A stretch of 64,000 bases of DNA, from positions 4,853-68,852 of the IMG/VR virus record IMGVR_UViG_3300029305_005257. One strand, written 5' to 3'. Under the pieces are notes generated by a model. The model made no database searches and was not told the DNA's origin. It saw nothing but the letters and a program-made list of their open reading frames with translations. The position numbers were made by a program, and so were the translations under genes. Shown in pieces: positions 57,576 through 64,000 of the stretch; the first letter of the stretch is position 1; every line of letters starts with the position of its first letter. The DNA comes from a virus (lineage: Duplodnaviria; Caudoviricetes).

Positions 57576-59586
57576 TCATATTTGTTAAATGAACTTTCTT
57601 ACCAAGAGTATTCACAGTTAGTCCTAGAGATTCCATAATAGGATAGAATAATGATAAAATGTCTGATTCTATCTTTTCTTCATCTATTAATATGAAAAAC
57701 CACTCTGGTAATTCCGTATCATTCTTTGGTAACGCTATTACTTTTAATTCCATTTCGCTTAATAATGGATTACTACTACGGAAAAATGTATTATTTACCT
57801 TTTCATATACATCTGGTAATGCCTGCTCTAACCAAAGTCTACCTTTCTTATCCGATATGCATCTAATAGGTACAATGTCCACATCTACCGGTAATTCCAT
57901 TTCCATTTCTGGGAATATACAATTCCACAACAACACTGCTCTTACTCCCTGTACTTGATAAGGTTTCTTATATTGCTCTATAAGTGCAACTTTTGCTTGT
58001 TTGTAATACTCATGTGAGCCACTTCTGATTGAGTCTTCTATCTGCTGTTTTAGTTTAAGAAGTTTAAGATAAACCAAATCCACTCTTATCTTATCAGAAC
58101 GAAGAATGTCATAAACTGATAAATCTGTGAAATATTTAGTTACGTGTGGTTTTACCACTGCTTTCTTAAAGTCAAATCCTTTAATTTCCGGATAACCAAT
58201 TTCACCAGTTTTCTTATCAATTAAAAGAGTTCCTTCTTGTAATACTGCATCTGAAATATATCTTTTTTTAGCATTAGTAAATACTATCATTGCTAAATAA
58301 AACTCATTTTTCATTTTTAACATTTTAGCCCATTTATCGGTGATATTCATATACTTACATAAATTCCTTAATCCTTTATCAATTACAAATCCTAATATAT
58401 AAGTTAATACATTAACGCAGACGAAGTTCATTTCAATTTCTTCAATTGGATAATTATTTGACATTATATCGGTCTTAATAAATGTTACCCACTCATTAAG
58501 TGCAAGGAACGTGGAATCTGTGTCAGTATATAACACCTTATCTCTATCTGTAAACATAGTTTTTCTTACTCTATCAAACATCGGTTCTGTATACATTACA
58601 AATGTTTCATAGAACTTTTCAAGCTCATTTATTGAATCCATTACATAGTCTTTTAACGGATTTTCCAATCTATCCAATTCAGGAGAACGTAATTGATCAA
58701 TATTGCTCATAATAAATTTAAGCTTGCTTCGAATGATAGGAGTTTTATTGAACTCCATAAAATTATTTTTGTAATATAAGATTACTAATTCATCTTTATT
58801 ACAATCTGCAAGTACTCCATCTAGATTTTCCACAAAATCTATTTCGATAGGGAAAGCACATCTTTTACATAATTTCTCTCTTACTTTATATCTGAGATTA
58901 TCCATATAAAATGGAGAGCAATCAATTCCACTTGGATATTTGGTTCTGATTTCGTTTCTAATTCTATGGATAAATGTAAATACTTCAGACTTAAAGTTAT
59001 ATTTTACATCTACTCCTAGAAAATTTTCAAATGTCATTGCCGCACTACATATAATCTGTCTACCACCATTTGTTATGGATTCGGCAATAAATTTGTTAAA
59101 TAGTATAAACGATGCACATCCCAAGCAGCCATATAAACCGTTTACTTTTAACTTTTTATTATTTTGACCTAAGTCTTTAAGGATCCATTCAAAAGATCCT
59201 TTTGGATACTGCTTTCTTTCTGCTTTAAATACATCCCTTTGCTTTCTTACCCATATGATAAATTTGGTAAGAATATGAACATCGTCATCGGTTTCTGGAT
59301 GTTGAATAAATAAACAACCTTCTCCACCAATTATAAGTTTTTTAGATTCAATATAATCAATAATTTCTAAAAGATTAGTAGAGATTTCTCTGTTAATATA
59401 ATTATTAACTAACAAGGCTTTTGGGTTTTTCCCGTATTCTAAAATTTTCTTATCGAGAAATTTGTCTATTTTTTTCTTAGAAAGATTAGAACCATATTTT
59501 TCTTCGATGAGCTTTTTCATTTCTTCTTTCCACATTCGAATCGCCATATATTCTAATCGAATTGGAGCTAAAGTAGATAAACTCAT
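57565..59586 (-). CDS. DNA polymerase B, C-terminal part (motifs B and C, thumb)
   Basis: Motif B QNNKKLKVNGLYG, motif C YTDTDS, KNEF, KKRY, KGFDFKK. Confidence 0.9.
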   Translation of the reverse strand: MSLSTLAPIRLEYMAIRMWKEEMKKLIEEKYGSNLSKKKIDKFLDKKILEYGKNPKALLVNNYINREISTNLLEIIDYIESKKLIIGGEGCLFIQHPETDDDVHILTKFIIWVRKQRDVFKAERKQYPKGSFEWILKDLGQNNKKLKVNGLYGCLGCASFILFNKFIAESITNGGRQIICSAAMTFENFLGVDVKYNFKSEVFTFIHRIRNEIRTKYPSGIDCSPFYMDNLRYKVREKLCKRCAFPIEIDFVENLDGVLADCNKDELVILYYKNNFMEFNKTPIIRSKLKFIMSNIDQLRSPELDRLENPLKDYVMDSINELEKFYETFVMYTEPMFDRVRKTMFTDRDKVLYTDTDSTFLALNEWVTFIKTDIMSNNYPIEEIEMNFVCVNVLTYILGFVIDKGLRNLCKYMNITDKWAKMLKMKNEFYLAMIVFTNAKKRYISDAVLQEGTLLIDKKTGEIGYPEIKGFDFKKAVVKPHVTKYFTDLSVYDILRSDKIRVDLVYLKLLKLKQQIEDSIRSGSHEYYKQAKVALIEQYKKPYQVQGVRAVLLWNCIFPEMEMELPVDVDIVPIRCISDKKGRLWLEQALPDVYEKVNNTFFRSSNPLLSEMELKVIALPKNDTELPEWFFILIDEEKIESDILSLFYPIMESLGLTVNTLGKKVHLTNMIDL

Positions 59587-59686
59587 TTAATTTTCTCCTT
59601 TCTGTATTTTCAGATTAATCATATATTTCTCTAAAGATTTTTAAAAAAAGAGGTTGATGTATTCCTACATACCTCTTTTTTATATA

Positions 59687-60382
59687 CTATCCGATTTTTA
59701 AACCTGGTAGTACATTATTTTTATAATTTACAAGGCTTCTGGTATATTCTGAGCTCCATATTCCTTGCTTCCATAATCTCGATGCTCCTCCATATCCCAT
59801 GTTATATACCATCATATAACATGTGGGATTTTTATCATATTTCATACACATTGCTATATGATAAACACCCGCATCGATGTTATCATATGGATCATATGGA
59901 TCCCAATCTTGTCCAAACACTTCTCTATAAAAATCCCAATTGCAGCTATTTATTTGAAAATAACCAGCGTCAATGGTTTTATTTTTATTTTTGTTATTGG
60001 TTGCATTTTGATTAAATTCCGATTCTCGCCATACTGTCGAGAATGCAATTTCAACTTCTACACCGTATTGCTCACTTCTCATAATCAAATACGATTGATG
60101 TTCTGCTGGCATTTTCACATCGTACGCTTTAGACATAGATGTTGGAGTAGGTATAGGTGTATTTGTCGGTATTGGGGTTGGTGTATTTGTAGGTACTGGT
60201 GTAGATGTCGGTGTTACTGTTATGGTTGGAATTGGTAACTCCTCTAATGAATCGAATGATACCACATGCTCATCTTTCGACGACATAGCAGATGCCTGCA
60301 TAGTATCGTTTACAGTGTCATAAACCCCAACTATCATGATAATAATCATGATGACTAATATTATTTTATAAATAGATTTCAT
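59687..60382 (-). CDS. Lytic transglycosylase (SLT/lysozyme-like) with N-terminal hydrophobic helix and Pro/Thr linker
   Basis: VWRESEF (catalytic Glu), DAGYFQIN, YDPYDNI, YNMG. Linker PTSTPVPTNTPTPIPTNTPIPTPT. Confidence 0.85.
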   Translation of the reverse strand: MKSIYKIILVIMIIIMIVGVYDTVNDTMQASAMSSKDEHVVSFDSLEELPIPTITVTPTSTPVPTNTPTPIPTNTPIPTPTSMSKAYDVKMPAEHQSYLIMRSEQYGVEVEIAFSTVWRESEFNQNATNNKNKNKTIDAGYFQINSCNWDFYREVFGQDWDPYDPYDNIDAGVYHIAMCMKYDKNPTCYMMVYNMGYGGASRLWKQGIWSSEYTRSLVNYKNNVLPGLKIG

Positions 60383-60400
60383 TTTTTATTTCCTCCTTTT

Positions 60401-60682
60401 TTAAGCGTATCTTTCGTATCTCGTATATTCAAAATTTAACCCAATGATACGAAATACATTTTCACAAAAGTTCTCAAATATGTATCCGAATTCGTTTCCT
60501 TTTTCGGAATACAATATTGTACGAGTTCCGTCCGGTTCCTGTTCTACCTCAAGATTATCGAGATTGTCAAATACACCAATAATCTGAGGAGTGCATAATT
60601 CGTGACCAGATATTTTTCTTATATCGATTACTCCACATTCGTTGATCCCGAACTCCACTCCGTTGTTTACCATCCTTATCAT
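60401..60682 (-). CDS. Hypothetical protein (93 aa)
   Basis: ORF with AAAGGAGGAG RBS and CG-N20-TATATATCAT upstream. Confidence 0.7.
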   Translation of the reverse strand: MIRMVNNGVEFGINECGVIDIRKISGHELCTPQIIGVFDNLDNLEVEQEPDGTRTILYSEKGNEFGYIFENFCENVFRIIGLNFEYTRYERYA

Positions 60683-60791
60683 GATAGCTCCTCCTTTTTG
60701 TAATTTTATAGTTTGCTTTTTCTTTTTTGTTACATATAAATGATATATAATTATATTAAATTTATTTATCGTATAATATCATTTAGTTCGG

Positions 60792-60821
60792 GATACAATA
60801 AAATAAATCTATTCCACTTTA
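60792..60821 (+). promoter_or_regulatory. Conserved late leader/promoter, third copy
   Basis: GATACAATAAAATAAATC is identical over 18 bp to the capsid-gene element. Confidence 0.75.
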
Positions 60822-60869
60822 TTCGTGTGGAACGTGAAAGTATAAATTAAAGAAAGGTGGTAAATATTC

Positions 60870-62648
60870 ATGAGTTTTTATGAAGAGTTTATTAACGGAT
60901 TAAACCCATCTGCAACAGTTGAGAATGAACCAACTGAAGAATATGATGTTAGAGAAGAAACAACTACAGAATCCGAAGATATAATTTCTATGGAAGCATA
61001 TCAAATTTATGTGGAACCAATCGTAGACGAGTTCTTATCTAAACTTGGTGGGGCAACCGAGAGTTTATTTGATGGAAAGCTTACAGTTGATAATTTTAAG
61101 CAACTAACTGAAAATTTTGTCAATGAGTATGGTGTAGAAGATAACAGTTATGCGGCTATTGCATATGAATCTAGCTCTGCAGATCGATTACGAGCAGAAA
61201 AAGATTTAGAAGAAATTAAAGCTAGATTTGAAGCAGTAAAAAGTAACAGAAGTGACATTGATAAGAGACTTGGTGTTGATACACATGGAAAAGGATTATT
61301 TGGTAAGGCTGCGACATTTGGTAAATCATTATTAGGTATTAAGGTCAATGGTCAGGTTGTAAACAAATCTGCCTTTGTTAAAGCATATAATGATGTGGTA
61401 AAACTTCTTAATACGGGGTCTATTCTGAGTGATATTCAACAAAACCCTAAAAAACTGACTGAACTTAGACAGAAAATTAGTCACCTTGAATCTATTCAAG
61501 ACAAAGTACTTAGTTTAGATGCAAGAGATGCAAAAATCAAAGAAAGTGTTAGCAATGCTGCTAATAAAGCTGTTACATCAGCTAAAAATGTTGCAGACAA
61601 TGCAAAAGAAACTGCTAAAGAGATGAAAAATGATTATGAGCGTGCTCAGCAAGAAAAGTATAATCGTAAATCTGAAGCAAATGTTGAAAAAGCTCAAGCT
61701 AAAGCAGAACAGACACGATATCGTGCAATTAATTTAGCATGTGCAAAATTTATGGATGCGTGGAATGCTAATCAGGGATTCCAAGAAAGAGCAATTGCTC
61801 TTAAAAATGAAATTGAAAAAGTCATTGGAAATAGTACAGCAAAAGAATCTTTTGAACAGCTTTTATGTAATAATCCTGAAGTGGCATATGCATATGAATC
61901 TTATATTGACACTATCAATTTCTTACTCAATGCAACAGCAGAAGGTAGAATTGAAGTAGTAGACTTAGCAGAAGAGAGTTATAATATTAAGCAGGAAGAA
62001 GAACAAATTGAAACATATATTGAACCAGAAACTATTGGCGAAGACAATGAAGAAGAAGTTGCAGAAGAATCTATCATTGAAGTATCGGATGAGGAAATTC
62101 TTACAAGTGCAATGGAGTCAAAAATATTTTTAGACGCTCTTAAAGCTACGTGTACACCTGAAGAGTTCAAACAAATTCTTTCTGAAAATTCTACAGAGTT
62201 ACAGTTATATGGTGTAGTTGATCCAATTGCTATTGCTAAAGAGTCTTATGAAGAAGAAGATGAAGAATATGAAATTGCTACCGAAGCAAAAAGTATTGTT
62301 CGTTTAAGTAAAGAAGCAAAGATCAATACAGAGGAAGCTCGTATTGCAATTGGATTAGCTAAGAAGAGCAATGATCCTCTTTATAAGAGCTATAAGAAAT
62401 ATAGTACATTGAAGAGACAGTTCAGAGATAAGATTTATGCTAAGTATGGTTCTCGTGCTAAACCTTTAGCTAGAAAAGCTATCACCAATGGCAGAAATCG
62501 TGTAGCTATGATGAACTCTCCAGCAGGTGTATCCATTGTCAATAAGATTGATTCGAGATTAAAGCAGCTCAATAAATCTGCTCGTAATATGTCTGCAATT
62601 AAGCCGGATGTTAAAGCAGTTAAACCTAGCATGGGTAAAAAGAACTAA
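60870..62648 (+). CDS. Putative internal head protein (592 aa) with two basic modules
   Basis: At least nine A-x-E-[S/A] sites in acidic tracts. C-terminal basic module KSIVRLSKEAK...NDPLYKSYKK. Confidence 0.65.
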   Translation: MSFYEEFINGLNPSATVENEPTEEYDVREETTTESEDIISMEAYQIYVEPIVDEFLSKLGGATESLFDGKLTVDNFKQLTENFVNEYGVEDNSYAAIAYESSSADRLRAEKDLEEIKARFEAVKSNRSDIDKRLGVDTHGKGLFGKAATFGKSLLGIKVNGQVVNKSAFVKAYNDVVKLLNTGSILSDIQQNPKKLTELRQKISHLESIQDKVLSLDARDAKIKESVSNAANKAVTSAKNVADNAKETAKEMKNDYERAQQEKYNRKSEANVEKAQAKAEQTRYRAINLACAKFMDAWNANQGFQERAIALKNEIEKVIGNSTAKESFEQLLCNNPEVAYAYESYIDTINFLLNATAEGRIEVVDLAEESYNIKQEEEQIETYIEPETIGEDNEEEVAEESIIEVSDEEILTSAMESKIFLDALKATCTPEEFKQILSENSTELQLYGVVDPIAIAKESYEEEDEEYEIATEAKSIVRLSKEAKINTEEARIAIGLAKKSNDPLYKSYKKYSTLKRQFRDKIYAKYGSRAKPLARKAITNGRNRVAMMNSPAGVSIVNKIDSRLKQLNKSARNMSAIKPDVKAVKPSMGKKN

Positions 62649-62670
62649 GATTAGTTCTTTTAAATAATTA

Positions 62671-62699
62671 AGAGAAGGATTATTATAATCCTTCTCTTT
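62671..62699 (+). terminator. Terminator
   Basis: aagagaaggatta-tta-taatccttctctt. Confidence 0.8.
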
Positions 62700-62748
62700 T
62701 AATCCCGATTACAGCTTTTTAATTAAGAAAAGAGGTGAATAATAATCT

Positions 62749-63084
62749 ATGAGAAAAGAAAAAAATACCACATATGGTATTAACCCAGAAATTGAGAATT
62801 GTATTAGAAGTGGAAGACCGTTTACTATGGTTCTTCGCAGGGGCATTATCTATGAACGTACCTTCAGACCAATCATTAATTCCACGGAAGATGGTACTAT
62901 TTTATTTAAGCATGAAAAAAATACATATAGTGCCAAGCATACCACTAATGGCGAAAAATGCAAACTTGTCAGTAGGGATGAACTTCCTAATACATCTATA
63001 TCTCACAATAAGATATTTGTAACTGTTAAAGCATTGGAGTTAAATGGATATGTACTCGTTAATTCAAATTGGAAGGTGATTTAA
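62749..63084 (+). CDS. Hypothetical protein (111 aa)
   Basis: ORF with AGAGGTG RBS. Confidence 0.65.
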   Translation: MRKEKNTTYGINPEIENCIRSGRPFTMVLRRGIIYERTFRPIINSTEDGTILFKHEKNTYSAKHTTNGEKCKLVSRDELPNTSISHNKIFVTVKALELNGYVLVNSNWKVI

Positions 63085-63085
63085 T

Positions 63086-63847
63086 ATGTTTGAAAATAGA
63101 GGAAATAGGGGTCAATATACCCTTAGCGAATTTATTGCTAGAATCTTCGATGATATGGAATGGGAAGATTTACCTTTACCTGTATCGAATGAAGAGTTTA
63201 TGAACCATTTTGAGAGAAGTGTGCTTAAACCTTTTAGTGTATTCTGTCCTAAACAAGAAATCATTAGGATTAATGATAATGAATTGGTAACATTAAAAGA
63301 CTCTATTAGCAGCTTTAGAAGATACAAATTACCTATGTATAGATTTCCAACACAAACATGCTATGGTGTTAGTAGCATTGAACCTATATCAAATCTAGCA
63401 TATTCTAATGAGTGGAATAGTATTCCTTATATGGCTGCACCAGATGCATTATTGATGGCTATGGCGGATATTAGAATGTATTCTGCTATAGGTGCTAATA
63501 CAGGTAGAAGTATTACCACTAGATTTAGCAAACCAGATATATTGGATGTATATGGTGGATATATTGGATGTACATATGAAGTCACTATGTTATTGAGTCA
63601 TGATATGAGTTTGTCTACTATTCCAGACACAGCATTTGAAGATTTATATCAATTAGCGTTATTGGATACTCAAGCATATTTCTATTCTAAGCTGATGCGA
63701 AAAGAAGGATTGGATACAGGAGTTGGTAGTATTCAACTTAAGATTGATCAATGGGCTAATTCTAAAGAAGAAAGAAACCAGCTAATAGAAAAGTGGAAAA
63801 TGGAGGGATATAATTTAGATATTGATTCAATGCATTATTTTAATTAA
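63086..63847 (+). CDS. Putative neck/head-completion protein (253 aa)
   Basis: HDMSLSTIP...LALLD...G-x-IQLKIDQWA...ER...W resembles a conserved jumbo-phage neck-type family as I recall it. Confidence 0.5.
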   Translation: MFENRGNRGQYTLSEFIARIFDDMEWEDLPLPVSNEEFMNHFERSVLKPFSVFCPKQEIIRINDNELVTLKDSISSFRRYKLPMYRFPTQTCYGVSSIEPISNLAYSNEWNSIPYMAAPDALLMAMADIRMYSAIGANTGRSITTRFSKPDILDVYGGYIGCTYEVTMLLSHDMSLSTIPDTAFEDLYQLALLDTQAYFYSKLMRKEGLDTGVGSIQLKIDQWANSKEERNQLIEKWKMEGYNLDIDSMHYFN

Positions 63848-63878
63848 AAAAAAGAAGGGTAAAAACCCTTCTTTTTTT
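63848..63878. terminator. Bidirectional terminator
   Basis: aaaaaaagaagggt-aaaa-acccttcttttttt. Confidence 0.85.
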
Positions 63879-64000
63879 AATTATTCTACCTCTCATTTAA
63901 AACCACATTGTGGGGATGTATGATATCTCCACTGGCATCTTTCTCCATATCGACAGGTTAATACAGTCTGTACCACCCAGACTCTTTCAAAGAACGTGTT

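Noticed and set aside
1-64000. Stop-codon reassignment (as in some gut jumbo phages)
   Set aside because: Conserved genes (terminase, capsid, polymerases) are long and uninterrupted in the standard code, and TAG/TGA stops are followed by terminators or new RBSs.
1-64000. CRISPR array, tRNA or rRNA genes
   Set aside because: The palindromes are single, dissimilar and sit at gene ends. No repeat-spacer periodicity or cloverleaf was seen.
1-64000. Nucleus-forming (chimallin-encoding) lifestyle
   Set aside because: The gene set is phiKZ/AR9-like but no chimallin or tubulin could be recognised here, so it cannot be claimed.
63881-64000. GC-richer stretch with short hairpins (agtctg/cagact; tggggat/atctcca) at the window edge, possibly a structured RNA or intron end
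   Set aside because: Only 120 nt are visible. One minus-strand frame is open to a stop near 63893, so it may simply be a gene 3' end. Needs the next window.

Overview
A 64-kb, strongly AT-rich segment of a jumbo myophage of the phiKZ/AR9(PBS1)-related lineage, read in the standard genetic code. Strong AAGGAGG ribosome-binding sites, a radical SAM enzyme and Pro/Thr linkers suggest an anaerobic Firmicutes (probably clostridial) host; this is inference. Recognisable core genes are scattered on both strands. Structural and packaging genes: tail sheath, tail tube, portal, terminase large subunit, major capsid protein, prohead protease, a putative baseplate hub and a neck protein. Replication and transcription genes: a DNA polymerase B split into two distant genes, a primase, an RNA polymerase beta' C-terminal subunit and a second short beta' C-terminal-like gene. 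The window opens inside an intein-containing radical SAM/SPASM gene. Most interesting observations: (1) a Csx20-like (type III CRISPR ring-nuclease-like) gene plus a degenerate paralog in a cluster of small early genes, a candidate anti-type III CRISPR module; (2) a 1503-aa protein and several smaller ones built of acidic spacers full of A-x-E-[S/G/A] head-protease sites that flank basic, sometimes membrane-hairpin, cargo modules, a candidate virion-packaged polyprotein delivery system; (3) two readable promoter classes, a shared 29-bp leader on the capsid, sheath and internal-protein genes, a duplicated early-gene leader cassette, and a 3-codon minigene ahead of the RNA polymerase gene. All family assignments come from motif recognition by eye and memory; no database search was run. 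No tRNA, rRNA or CRISPR array was seen.
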